From positions 1,429 to 65,428 of the forward strand of contig CAWGTK010000003.1 of NCBI GenBank assembly GCA_963825485.1: a DNA stretch of 64,000 nucleotides, given 5' to 3'. The stretch comes from an uncultured Actinomycetes bacterium. Its GTDB lineage: Bacteria; Actinomycetota; Thermoleophilia; Solirubrobacterales; Solirubrobacteraceae. The position numbers and the translations under genes are program-made. This document shows, in pieces, positions 34,764-44,548 of this stretch. Each line of letters starts with the position of its first letter. The stretch's first letter is position 1. The notes beneath the pieces were generated by a model that made no database searches, was not told the DNA's origin, and saw nothing but the letters and a program-made list of their open reading frames with translations.

Positions 34764-35439
34764 CGTGCACCGCTCGTCGATCGAAGCCGGCCGCGCGGGC
34801 CGACTTCGACGAGGACGCGGCGATCTGCAGCATCCGCCTGGCGTGGCCGCGGGCGGCGCGCGTGACTCGTCATGTTCGACGACGACGACGCCGAGGTCGG
34901 GCGCCGCGAGCTCGTGCACGGCGACGACGCCGAACTTCAGACGTTCCTGGCCGGCGGCTAGCACTGGTCCGTGCGCTACCAGCTGCCGTTCGCGGCCCCC
35001 ACGCGCGGCAACCTCATCCAGGAGCTCCACCCAGCAGGGCTCTGGCGGCGCCCGAGAGCACTTCTGGGAGTACTGGCCGATCGAGGCCAACCAGCGCGAG
35101 CCGCTGCCGGCGGAGCGCACCAACACGCCGAGCGTGGGTCACGCCCACCGGCGTCCCGTACGACGACCGCTAGGTCCACGGTGTCGTTCCCAGCGCCCCG
35201 CAGGCGCCCGCGGGGTGGCATCGCCATATCGGGATCGCGGTCTCATCCCGGACCGCTGCCGCCGCAGTTCACGGCAGCCAACCGCCAGACCCGGGACATG
35301 CCGACCGGCTGGACCGGCACCGGCACGCGCCACGACTGCTACGACGAATGGGGCCGCCGCCCCGGGCGGCCGCGCCGGCTCGGCCGCGTCGCGGGAGCCA
35401 CTCGGCGCACGTCGTCGACCGGCAGCGGTCCCGGGACGA

Positions 35440-36396
35440 TCAGGCCGACCCGTCCGACCCGGCCATGCGGTCGGCGACGAGCCGGCCGAGCAACCGGCTC
35501 AGCTTGGCGTCCTCGCGCTCCCACTCCACAGCGCTGCGCCTCGAAAACAGAAGGTCCGCGACCGCGTTGTCTGGATCATGATCGCCTGCCATCAGGAAAT
35601 GTCGGTTGCCCTCGAAGAAGGTGTATCTCCCGTCCTCGTGACGATGGTAGTCAAGCGCGATGACATCGGCGTCCAGCGCGCTCGCGGCGCGAACGAGCAG
35701 TTCCGGGTGCGGGTCGCCATCCCGACAGAACGCCAGATCCTCGGCCGCGGCCTGTTCATCAGCGATGCACGAATCAACGTTGACGCGCCAGTCTGACCCC
35801 AGATTCATCGTTCTCGGCAGAACCCGGCCCCCGACCACGTAGCTGCGCCATTTGCGATAGAGCCTGTCGCTGTGGCGCGTGTCGATGTACTCGATGGCGA
35901 GATCCAACGGTCGTTGGCCCTGCAGCTCGCGTGCCGCCACGATCTGCCGCGCCTCGTCGCTGTCGCGCGCCAAGTGCACGTCACGTCCCTGATGCTGCCC
36001 GTCGACACGGAGTATCAGCGGGAAGTCGAGCGAGACCTCGTCAACGGAGGTGAAGGCCTCCACTCGAGCGCAGGGCACGCCCGCTGCAGCCCAGCGTGTC
36101 AGACATGACCGGTGAGCTGTCATGCAGTATCTGGCTGAGTTGACGACGGGGATGCCCGTGGCGGCCTGGGCGTCTTCGAACCGCCGCGCCCAGAGCGGGA
36201 AGTCGTTGGTGCGATACCCGTAGGACCAGCACACGATCACGTCGAAGGGCTCGGCCTCCAGAGCAGTCCACGGCTGATGCAGCGTCCACCGGATCCCGAG
36301 CTCGTCGAGTCCTTGCAGAAGCAGGCGGCTCGCAGCCCGCTGCGTGAACTGCGCGGGATCCTTGTAGGGCGTGACGATCAGGGCGTGAGAACCCAT
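35440..36396 (-). CDS. ATP-grasp fold enzyme (RimK/GshB-like ligase)
   Basis: FPLILRVDGQHQGRDVHLA; AIEYIDTRHSDRLYRKWRSYVVGGRVL; DADVIALDYHRHEDGRYTFFEGN. More A/T-ending codons than its neighbours, by eye. Confidence 0.75.
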   Translation of the reverse strand: MGSHALIVTPYKDPAQFTQRAASRLLLQGLDELGIRWTLHQPWTALEAEPFDVIVCWSYGYRTNDFPLWARRFEDAQAATGIPVVNSARYCMTAHRSCLTRWAAAGVPCARVEAFTSVDEVSLDFPLILRVDGQHQGRDVHLARDSDEARQIVAARELQGQRPLDLAIEYIDTRHSDRLYRKWRSYVVGGRVLPRTMNLGSDWRVNVDSCIADEQAAAEDLAFCRDGDPHPELLVRAASALDADVIALDYHRHEDGRYTFFEGNRHFLMAGDHDPDNAVADLLFSRRSAVEWEREDAKLSRLLGRLVADRMAGSDGSA

Positions 36397-36398
36397 GA

Positions 36399-36689
36399 CT
36401 AGCGGACGCAGGTCGGCCGGTTCGTTGGTGATCGCTCTGCGAGGTCGACGTCAACGCGTGAGTTCCTGCGATGCACCGCGTATGCCGTTGCGCCGGCCGC
36501 CGGTCCAGCTGTCTGGCACCGGGGAGCGCTCGATGCTGCGCGCTCCCCTGCTGTCCCATTCCGGCCCGGCGACCGCTCACCCTCGGCTGGCAGCACGGTC
36601 GCGACGCTCACAACGCCGGGCCCGTGATCGACGAGCGGGCGGGCCACGTCGCCAGACACGATCTTCTTCAGGACGGGAACCCATTTCAT
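36399..36689 (-). CDS. 96-aa ORF of unknown function wedged between the acylase and the ATP-grasp gene
   Basis: The ATG at 36689 overlaps the acylase TGA (ATGA). Its TAG is 2 nt before the ATP-grasp ATG. Begins MKWVPVLKKIVSGDVARPLVDHGPGVV... The second half is low-complexity with weaker codon bias. Confidence 0.4.
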   Translation of the reverse strand: MKWVPVLKKIVSGDVARPLVDHGPGVVSVATVLPAEGERSPGRNGTAGERAASSAPRCQTAGPAAGATAYAVHRRNSRVDVDLAERSPTNRPTCVR

Positions 36690-39031
36690 GCCGGTCTGAG
36701 GGTGATGACGTGCTCGGTTGCGTCCTGGACGGCCGCCCGTGAGTAAAGCAGCGGAAAGGACTCACCGCGCATCCAGGGCTCGAAGAGACTCGTGCTCTTG
36801 TGCCCGTCGAGTTGCCCAGATTGCCCTGGCGCGTTCATTGCCCGGGATTCGTCCCAGCTACCGACGTCGATCACGACTCGGAAGGTTGCCCCGTGGACCT
36901 GTCGAAACCCCGACGCGTAGAGCGTGTTGCAGACCGTGTCGCCACTGCCCTGCTGCGGAAGGGGGCCCGCGGCGAGCTGGTCCCAAGGTAGTGAAGTCAG
37001 TACCGGTGAGAGGGGATGGCGCACATGCGCGCTGTGTAGGCGGCCCCAGGACCACCCAGAGCGCGCCGTGCCCAGCAGCCGCTCGATGTCAGCGACTGCG
37101 CTGCGTAGTGTCCGTTCGACGATGTCGATCAACCCAGGGTTGTCCGTGCCGATCATCGCACGTGCGTCCTCGACCAGATCGAGGTCGACGCGCGGGTCTC
37201 CGCGCGAGTCGCGCGTCGCCATCCGTTTCATGGCCGCATCAACTTCGTGCGCGGGGACGATACGTCGCAGAGCCGTCCGCAGCAGCTCTGGTCGAAGGTG
37301 CCGGCGGTACCACACCTCGAACAGCGCGGCCGCAGCAGAGTCCGTCGTTAGGTGTCCGTCCCAACGCAGCAGCATGTCAAGCTCCGGTGTGGCGGGAATG
37401 TCCAACTGCCGCACCGCCGTCAGGATGCTCTGCGCTGGAATGCTGAGCACATCTGTCTGCAACGCCAGCATGTCTTCGACGGAGCTATGTTGCCGGGCGG
37501 CCAGCACGTCGTCGATGCGTTGTTTGCGGTAGCGCGGCTTCCACTCGTAGCCGATGTTGAGGTGACGCGCACCGTCCTGCGAAATGTTCATCTCATTCGC
37601 CGTCGCGATCCAGCCGTTTGGCGGATTGAAACGGACGGGGAACTCTTGGGCCGGATGAAATCCGGCCCACTCGTACTGCCCGTCGCCGGGGACCGGCAGC
37701 AAACCGTCCCAATTCGGTCGGATCGGTGCAAGTCCTGCAGCCTTCCAGCCGATATTGCCGGCGATGTCCGCGAAGACGTGGACCTCGGGTGGCGCGCCCC
37801 AACCGTCGACCGCGGCAAGGAAGCTCTGCCAGTCTTTAGCCCCCATCACCTCGATTCCGCGCAGGTAGGGGGCCGTGCCGGGTGCAAGCCACGCGGCGCG
37901 AACCGCGAACGCCGTGTTGGTTGGGCCGTCCTCGAAGATCACGGGTCCGTGGCGTGTGAAGCGAAGCTCGGCCTCCACCGGTGGGCCGTCCTTGACCGGG
38001 ATCTGTTCGATGATGACCGTCATGGCTTCCCAGTCGCCGTCGTAGCGATACTCGAGGGGGTTCTCGGGGTTCACTCGGTAGACATACAGGTCCTCTTGGT
38101 CGATGGGCCAGAACGTGATCCCGAAGGCGATGGACCCGTTGTGCCCGATCGAGATGCCCGGCCCGACGGGCTCGCCGGCCCCGATCACATCCAGCCCGGG
38201 CGCTGACAGGTGCGCGATGTACCGTTCCCCGGGCAGGTTGCCGGTTTCGCGGTGCGGGTCGCTGCAGAGGATGGGCCGCCCGGTCGTCGTGCGAGCTCCA
38301 GCTACGGCCCAGCTGTTGCTGCCGCCTGCCGTCTGATCACGTGGCGAGTGCGCCTCGCCGCCGACACCGATCTGGGGCATCAGCGTCGCGAGGTGATAGG
38401 TCCTCAGGACGTTATGGGGGATCAACGTCAAGTCGAGCCCGTCCGGCACCGCGATCTCGTGGGGCGGCTCCACGCGAAACCGAAGCGACTCGGCGGCTAC
38501 CCCGTGGTCGCGTATTGTCAGCGCGCGCGCAACCTCTTGGCGAAGGTTGAGAAAGAAGCCACGGCCGCGGATGGCGGCGAGATCCCCGAGGTCCCAGAAA
38601 TCGGGCTCGTACTCCAGTTCGCGGAACTCCGCCGGCAGCAGACTCGTGTCCACCCGGGTCAGCTGAATGTACGCGTTGACGCCTTCCACCCACGCGCGTG
38701 CCGCATCCGCCGCAGTCGGCCCGTAGTCGCGCCATTCCGCGTCGGTGTCGCCCCGATAGAGGAACAGCCTCGCGGCGCGGTCGCGCTCGACGTGCTCTGG
38801 CCCCAGCATCGCTGCGACGCGCCCGAGGCCGCGACGACGCGCATAGTCGATCTGCCACAAGCGCTCTCGCGCGATATTGAACCCTTGCACCCGGAAGGCA
38901 TCGTCAGTACTTCCGGCGTAGATGTGGGGGACGCCCCAGCGGTCGACGAGGATCTCGGCATCCGCCTCGAGACCGGGCAGCACGAACGCGCTAGAGGTGA
39001 CGTGGGTTGACATCTGGGAGCCAAGGCGCAC
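36686..39031 (-). CDS. Penicillin-acylase-family Ntn hydrolase (S45) without a recognisable signal peptide
   Basis: VDRWGVPHIYA and the nucleophile region GGSNSWAVAGARTTTGRPILCSDPH. The N-terminus MRLGSQMSTHVTSSAFVLPG is not hydrophobic. The start may instead be ATG 39013. Confidence 0.88.
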   Translation of the reverse strand: MRLGSQMSTHVTSSAFVLPGLEADAEILVDRWGVPHIYAGSTDDAFRVQGFNIARERLWQIDYARRRGLGRVAAMLGPEHVERDRAARLFLYRGDTDAEWRDYGPTAADAARAWVEGVNAYIQLTRVDTSLLPAEFRELEYEPDFWDLGDLAAIRGRGFFLNLRQEVARALTIRDHGVAAESLRFRVEPPHEIAVPDGLDLTLIPHNVLRTYHLATLMPQIGVGGEAHSPRDQTAGGSNSWAVAGARTTTGRPILCSDPHRETGNLPGERYIAHLSAPGLDVIGAGEPVGPGISIGHNGSIAFGITFWPIDQEDLYVYRVNPENPLEYRYDGDWEAMTVIIEQIPVKDGPPVEAELRFTRHGPVIFEDGPTNTAFAVRAAWLAPGTAPYLRGIEVMGAKDWQSFLAAVDGWGAPPEVHVFADIAGNIGWKAAGLAPIRPNWDGLLPVPGDGQYEWAGFHPAQEFPVRFNPPNGWIATANEMNISQDGARHLNIGYEWKPRYRKQRIDDVLAARQHSSVEDMLALQTDVLSIPAQSILTAVRQLDIPATPELDMLLRWDGHLTTDSAAAALFEVWYRRHLRPELLRTALRRIVPAHEVDAAMKRMATRDSRGDPRVDLDLVEDARAMIGTDNPGLIDIVERTLRSAVADIERLLGTARSGWSWGRLHSAHVRHPLSPVLTSLPWDQLAAGPLPQQGSGDTVCNTLYASGFRQVHGATFRVVIDVGSWDESRAMNAPGQSGQLDGHKSTSLFEPWMRGESFPLLYSRAAVQDATEHVITLRPA

Positions 39032-39362
39032 GCGGCGCCCGATCCGGGTGTCGAGAGCAAGCAGCCGAGAAGCTCGCCGCTCATCGCCGAGCGGTTGAAC
39101 CGGCGATCAGTCTCCGCCGATCGTGCTGCTCGCGCGAGCCGGTCTCGCCAGTCCGGGCGCGACCGTGTCACACGATCGAGGCAATGTCAACGCGGCCGCC
39201 CGTCAGGCGCTCGAGCCCCGCGGTCGTGCACGGTCTGTGCGCGCTCGCGATCGAGCGCGGGCGGCCGGTCGCGTGCGTGTCGCAGCTGCTGATCGAGCGG
39301 TGCGCTCGTCCAGACAGGCGCAGTGTCGCGAACCGTCCGGACCGCTCGCCACGATTGCGGTC

Positions 39363-39644
39363 ATGGACGACGCCGACCTCACCGCACTGCGCATCCCCAC
39401 CGCACTGCGTGACCGCACCCGCGCGATCCTCTCGGTCACCGACCAGGCATGCACCGACCATCTCGACGGGGATCAGCCCGCGGCGGCGGGCTCGTCTTGC
39501 ACCTCGACCACCACGGCGCCGCATGACCACGACGGCACGCCTGAGCGGCTCGACGCGCTCATCGACGACCGCACCGTCGACGCCGCCAGCCAGCCCGCGC
39601 CGATCGTGGCCGCGTACCGCCGCTGGCAGGGGCGCACGCCATAG
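39363..39644 (+). CDS. Small hypothetical protein, possibly a gene fragment
   Basis: MDDADLTALRIPTALRDRTRAILSVTDQACTDHLDGD... No strong SD. Confidence 0.25.
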   Translation: MDDADLTALRIPTALRDRTRAILSVTDQACTDHLDGDQPAAAGSSCTSTTTAPHDHDGTPERLDALIDDRTVDAASQPAPIVAAYRRWQGRTP

Positions 39645-39743
39645 CGAGCGCAGCGCCGTGAGCCGGCCCCGGCTCGTGCGTGAGCGAGGCGCGACGCTCG
39701 CGCACCCGAGATCCGAACCTGCCTACCAGCTGCCCGGCACCGC

Positions 39744-40925
39744 ATGAGCACCGTCGCGCGGACCTGTCTCGCCCCGCTCGCGGCCGCTGCGCTCGCGGTG
39801 GCGGCGCTCATCCCGGCGGGCGCTGACGCCGGCGTCGCGCTGCGCGTCGTCAACGGGACGCCGCTTGCCCCCGGTCAGGTGCCGTGGCAGGTCGCGGTGC
39901 GCTGGACGATGGCCCGCACCACCACCACGACCGTCGACCCGGACGGGCGCGTCACCACGACCACGCTGCTGAAGATCGCCGACTGCGGCGGCGCCGTGCT
40001 CGACGCCACCCGCATCCTGACCGCGGCGCACTGCTTCCTCGACGAGGCCGACCCGGGGCGCCGGGCCGCGCCCGCGGACGTCGCGGTCAACGCCGGCACC
40101 GCACAGAAGAAGCCCGCCGACGACGCCGTGGGCGTCCAGCGGGCTGCGGTGGCCGCGATCGCGATCCATCCCCACTACGCCCCCGCGGCGCGCGAGAAGG
40201 CGCCCGACGTCGCGGTCGTCACCTTGGCCGCGCCGCTGGATCTGACCGGACCGTACGTCGGCCCTGCGACGCTGCCGGGAGCGACCGATCGCCGCCCGGG
40301 CGCGGGTACGCCGCTCACGGTCTCCGGGTTCGGTGAGGGCACCGCGGTCGGCACGCTGCATGGCGGCGAGGTCCGGACGGTGAAGAGCACCCGCCGAGAC
40401 TGCCGGCAGCTCGGCGGCCCCTCCCGCGAGGCGCTGACCGTCTGTGCCCGGGCGGCGCCCCCGACGTTCGCGACCACGTGCAACGGAGACAGCGGCGGGC
40501 CCGTGACGCTGGTCGGCACGTCGACGCTGGCGGGGATCGTCTCGCGCCGGTCCGGACCCTGCGGCAGCGGGACGATGGCGTTCGTCGACGTCGCGGCGCC
40601 GGAGATCCGGGCCTTCGTGGACGGCGCCCGCGTCGTGCCCTACGCGCCGCGCAGCGCCGGCGGCGAGCCGGCCCGGCTGAGCGGCCGCATGTCCCGGGGC
40701 CGGCTGATCCGCTGTGCGAGCGGCCGGTGGCGGCACGCCACGCGGACGCGCTACACGTTCGCCTGGGCGGGCACCCCCGGCCGGACCCGCCAGTCGGGAG
40801 CGTCGCGCCTGTACCGCCTGACCCGGGCCGACTTCGGCCGGCGGCTGCGCTGCACGGTCACGGTGTCGAGCCCGGGCGGCAGCATCGAGGTGGTCGGCGA
40901 GCTCGGGCAGCGCACCCGGAGGTAG
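39744..40925 (+). CDS. Secreted trypsin-like (S1) serine protease with a C-terminal Ig-like domain
   Basis: Signal peptide; RVVNG; TAAHC; GDSGGP. C-terminal CASGRW..YTFAW..RLRCTVTV. Confidence 0.9.
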   Translation: MSTVARTCLAPLAAAALAVAALIPAGADAGVALRVVNGTPLAPGQVPWQVAVRWTMARTTTTTVDPDGRVTTTTLLKIADCGGAVLDATRILTAAHCFLDEADPGRRAAPADVAVNAGTAQKKPADDAVGVQRAAVAAIAIHPHYAPAAREKAPDVAVVTLAAPLDLTGPYVGPATLPGATDRRPGAGTPLTVSGFGEGTAVGTLHGGEVRTVKSTRRDCRQLGGPSREALTVCARAAPPTFATTCNGDSGGPVTLVGTSTLAGIVSRRSGPCGSGTMAFVDVAAPEIRAFVDGARVVPYAPRSAGGEPARLSGRMSRGRLIRCASGRWRHATRTRYTFAWAGTPGRTRQSGASRLYRLTRADFGRRLRCTVTVSSPGGSIEVVGELGQRTRR

Positions 40926-41051
40926 GCGAACGCGCCAGCTTCGGCCTGCGCGGAGCACCATCGGCGCACGCGCTGCGAATGGACTGCTGACCACGCACTC
41001 AGCGCGCCCGCCGACCTTGTCGAGGCGTGTTCGTCCAAGGAGGACCCACCG

Positions 41052-42029
41052 ATGTCGCCCAAGAACCGCCGCCTGCGCACAAGTGCGGCCCTCGCCGCCG
41101 GCGCGCTCGCGCTCGCTGTCGCCGCACCGTCCGCCGCCTCGGCCCAGGCCCCCGCCGCAGCGCCCGCCTACGGCGCGACCGCCAACGGCCGGGTCCTCAC
41201 CTTCTCGCTCACCAGCCCGCTCGGCGTGAGCTCGCGGACGATCACGGGCCTGGCCGCCGGGGACCGCATCGTGGGCATCGACGAGCGCCCCGTGGGCGGA
41301 GCGCTCCACGCGGTGACGAAGGGCTCGGGCGGCGCCGGCCGCGTCTACACGATCAACCCCGCGACAGGACAGGCCACGCTCGCGTTCGCGCTCGTCGCCC
41401 CCGGTCGCACCGACGCAAGCCAGGCCGGCACGCCGATCGTCCTGAGCGGCAGCGAGTTCGGCGTCGACTTCAACCCGGCCGCGGACGCGCTGCGGATCAT
41501 CAGCAACACCGGCCAGGACCTGCGCGCGCTGCCAACCACGCGGGTGGCCGCGGGGGTCCAGCGGTTCGCCGGCGACACGTTCACCGACGGCGCCCTGAGC
41601 TACCAGCCGATCACGGCGAACCCGCGCGCGGTCGAGCCGGGCGTGAACGCCGCGGCCTATACGAACAGCGACACGGACCCGGGAACGGGAACCGCCCTGT
41701 TCGACATCGACGCGACCACGCAACGCGATCTCGTCGCCCAGAATCCGCCCAACGACGGGACGCTGACCAAGGTCGCCGACCTCGACCTCGGGCTGCGCCA
41801 GGTGCAGGGCTTCGACATTCGCGGCGCCAACGAGGCGTTTGCGGTGCTCGGCGGCATCCGGCTGCCGGCGTTCGTCGAGTCGATCCTGCTGGCGCGCCAG
41901 ATCGTGCCGGCGCTGGTGCCGGTGCGGCTCGTCTCGCTGGACCTCGCGACCGGCGCGATCACCGACCGCGGGCTGATCGCCACCGGCTCGCCGCTGGTCG
42001 GCTTCACGATCGGCATTCCGAGCGCCTGA
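41052..42029 (+). CDS. Secreted DUF4394-domain protein
   Basis: AAGGAGG SD; signal peptide; GDRIVGIDERPVGGALHAV..RVYTINPATGQAT; FGVDFNPAADALRIISNTGQDLR. Confidence 0.8.
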   Translation: MSPKNRRLRTSAALAAGALALAVAAPSAASAQAPAAAPAYGATANGRVLTFSLTSPLGVSSRTITGLAAGDRIVGIDERPVGGALHAVTKGSGGAGRVYTINPATGQATLAFALVAPGRTDASQAGTPIVLSGSEFGVDFNPAADALRIISNTGQDLRALPTTRVAAGVQRFAGDTFTDGALSYQPITANPRAVEPGVNAAAYTNSDTDPGTGTALFDIDATTQRDLVAQNPPNDGTLTKVADLDLGLRQVQGFDIRGANEAFAVLGGIRLPAFVESILLARQIVPALVPVRLVSLDLATGAITDRGLIATGSPLVGFTIGIPSA

Positions 42030-42036
42030 CGGCACA

Positions 42037-42069
42037 GCGCGCGGCGGCCGTCCCCGGGCCGTCGCGCGC
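42037..42069. terminator. GC-rich hairpin between convergent genes
   Basis: GCGCGCGGCGGCC-loop-GGCCGTCGCGCGC (13-bp arms, one mismatch). Confidence 0.45.
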
Positions 42070-42085
42070 AGCCGGGTGTAGGTGT

Positions 42086-43636
42086 TCAGTCCGGGTCGGC
42101 CCGCACGTCGAGCCAGTCGGCGATCTGGTCGACGACCCGGGCCGCGCCGGCCCCCGGCCTGACGGTCAGGATCGCCGTCTCGGGCAGCTCGTCCCAGCCG
42201 CTGTGCTGCGCGGCGAGCTGCGCCGCGACCGCCGGTGAGGCGTCCGAGCCGCGGGCCGTCCGCGCACCGCGCTCGCGCGCCCAGCGCTCGCGCAGCGCCG
42301 CCGGGACGACGCATTCGAGCGCGCGCAGGTGCGGCGGCCGCTCGCCCAGCCCTGCGACGAATGCGGCGCGCAGCCGCGCGTCGCCGAACGTGGCGTCGAC
42401 GACGACGCCGTCGCCCGCCGCGATCGCCGCCGCCGCCCGCTCGGCGAGCTCGCGGTAGACCGCCGCGCGCGCATCCAACGCGTACGCCTCGTCCGGCGCG
42501 CTGACCTCGAGCTCGACGCCCCGCCGCTGCTTGCGCACCACGTCGGAGGAGAGCGCCGTCCAGCCGCTGCGGCGCGCCAGCTCGGCCGCCAGCGTCGACT
42601 TGCCGCTGGCCGGCGGGCCGCCGACGGCGATCACGAGCGGCCCGCGGGCGCGCCAGGCGAGCCGCTCGGCGAGGTCGAGCAGGGTGCCCGCGTCGACCCG
42701 CGCCGCGGCGGCGGACTCGCCGGCATCGTCGAGCTGGGCGGCGCGCAGGAGGTCGACCTTGGCGCGCACGAGCGCGCGGTAGGTGCCGAAGAACGCGACG
42801 AGCGCGTCGCTGCCCGGGTCGCCGCCGGCGTCGCGGTAGGCGCTGAGCAGCCGCCGCGCGGCGCCCCCGGCACCGAGCGCTTCGAGGTCCATCGCGAGGA
42901 AGGCGATGTCGTCGGCGACGTCGATCGCGCGCAGGCCGGCGTCGAACTCGAGGCGGTCGACGATCGCCAAGGGCGCGGAGAGGACGACGTGCTCGGCGCG
43001 CAGGTCGCCATGGCCGTCGCGCACGCGGCCCGCCGCGGCCCGCGCCGCCAGCTCGCCGCGATGGGCGACGAGGAAGGCGCCGGTGAAGCGCTCCGCGGCG
43101 AGCAGCCTTCGCGCCGTGGCGTCGTCGGAGGCGAGCGCCAGCAGCTCGCGCGCGTTGCGGTCGCAGGCGCGCTTGACGTCGCCGGCGGGATCGGACGGGG
43201 AGAGCACGTCCGCCGCCGCGTGGAACTGCGCCAGCCGGCGGGCGACCGCGCGCACGTCGTCCTCGGCCAGCGCCCCGCGGCGCACGAGCGCCGCCATCGT
43301 CCGCTCCTCGTCGAAGCGCCGCATCTCGATGGCGTACTCGACGGCGTCGTCGTCGCAATGACCGTCGCCCGTCTTGTCCTCCGTCAGGACATACACCCCG
43401 TCGCGCACGACGACCGTCCGCACGCGCATCTCCAGGGCACCGGCGAGCGCGGCGTTGACGCGCACCTCCTCGTGGCAGACGGCGCGGCGGCGCTCAAGGG
43501 TGCTGAAGTCCAGAAACGCCATCCGCACGGGCTTCTTGACCTTGTAGGCGCGCTCGCCCGCGAGGAAGACCCAGGCCGAGTGCGTCTCGCGGACCGCCAC
43601 CTCGGGTGCGCCGGGATAGAAGTCGCTGCGACTCAT
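42086..43636 (-). CDS. Bifunctional APH-like kinase domain plus P-loop (AAA/zeta-like) kinase domain protein
   Basis: ETHSAWVFLAGERAYKVKKP; HGDLRAEHV; Walker A GGPPASGKST. Start at MSRSDFYPG. Confidence 0.8.
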   Translation of the reverse strand: MSRSDFYPGAPEVAVRETHSAWVFLAGERAYKVKKPVRMAFLDFSTLERRRAVCHEEVRVNAALAGALEMRVRTVVVRDGVYVLTEDKTGDGHCDDDAVEYAIEMRRFDEERTMAALVRRGALAEDDVRAVARRLAQFHAAADVLSPSDPAGDVKRACDRNARELLALASDDATARRLLAAERFTGAFLVAHRGELAARAAAGRVRDGHGDLRAEHVVLSAPLAIVDRLEFDAGLRAIDVADDIAFLAMDLEALGAGGAARRLLSAYRDAGGDPGSDALVAFFGTYRALVRAKVDLLRAAQLDDAGESAAAARVDAGTLLDLAERLAWRARGPLVIAVGGPPASGKSTLAAELARRSGWTALSSDVVRKQRRGVELEVSAPDEAYALDARAAVYRELAERAAAAIAAGDGVVVDATFGDARLRAAFVAGLGERPPHLRALECVVPAALRERWARERGARTARGSDASPAVAAQLAAQHSGWDELPETAILTVRPGAGAARVVDQIADWLDVRADPD

Positions 43637-44201
43637 GGCCTCGGCGACGCTGGGCGTTGGCGACGCGGCGGACACGCGAGGCGACCGTACCCGACGCTCA
43701 CACAGGGGAACCCGTCGCGGGTCAGGCGGGCGAGCAACTCGGCCTACCCCGGATCGCACGGATCGCGATCCACTACCCGCGCCGTGTCGAGCGCCTGCAG
43801 CGCGTGGCGCCACCTCATCGGCGGGCCGCCACGCGCCGGTGTGGGCTCACTGCACCTTGATGGGTGCCGGCGCCGTCTGGGCCTTGCTCTTGCGGGTCAG
43901 CACCGATCGTCATCTCGTAGCGCGCTCCGCGCTTCAGGGCCCGGCGCTGCACGCGGTTGACCGAGGTGCCGCGCTTGCCCGACTTCAGGCTGCCCCTGCC
44001 ATCGCGTAGACCGTCGCGGCGCGCTGCACGCGCAGCGCGACGCTCGCGCGAGCGCCGGCCGTGGCCTGGGTGACCGTGGCCTTGCCCTTCTCGGTCACCT
44101 GCGCGCCCGCCGGCGAGTTCGCGTTGCCGGTCGCGTCCTGCTTCGCCGGGCTGGCGCTGCGCACGCGCACGGCGTCGAGTCCGCGGGAATGCTGAAGCAG
44201 C

Positions 44202-44453
44202 TCACGGTGCTGGCCGGGAGGTCGCCCAGAACGCCGGGATGTTCGGCTCGTTGCACACCTGCCACTTCGGATCGGCGTCGCGCTCAGCTCGGGATGCGTC
44301 GCCCGGAAGCGGCCGCTCGGCCCGGGAGCGGCGCGCGAACGCGACGGGCGCCGCCGGCAACACCCACGCCGCCGCGGCCACCGTCACGAACCACGCCAGC
44401 ACGGTGACGCCGCGCCAGGTCCGGGCCCGGGCCGTCAGCGACGCGGCGGGCAC
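44202..44453 (-). pseudogene. Remnant of a secreted GH-like gene (signal anchor joined directly to the NEPN motif)
   Basis: VTVLAWFVTVAAAAWVLPAAPVAFA...KWQVCNEPNIPAFW, then a stop. Downstream (43830-44170) only shifted-frame Ig-like fragments remain. Confidence 0.4.
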
Positions 44454-44548
44454 TCGGCGGATGGTGGAGCGATCATGCGCCTCCTACCGGCGGTTCACGC
44501 AAGACCCTTGGCGCGATTGGCTGTTTGGTTGTGTAACTGCGCTCATCC

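Noticed and set aside
36399-36689. The 96-aa ORF as a LysW-type amino-group carrier or a graspetide precursor for the adjacent ATP-grasp enzyme
   Set aside because: It has no CxxC zinc ribbon and no acidic EDWGE-like C-terminus (LysW), and no recognisable T/S-x-K...D/E core repeats (graspetides). The idea is kept only as an open question in the findings.
39723-43358. 1211-aa minus-strand ORF spanning the protease, DUF4394 and kinase genes. Similar giant ORFs are 23940..27095 (-), 56103..58640 (+), 14910..17108 (+) and 15775..17886 (+).
   Set aside because: They are Arg/Ala/Gly/Pro-rich low-complexity translations, antisense or out of frame to genes with strong family motifs. None has a start context or domain signature.
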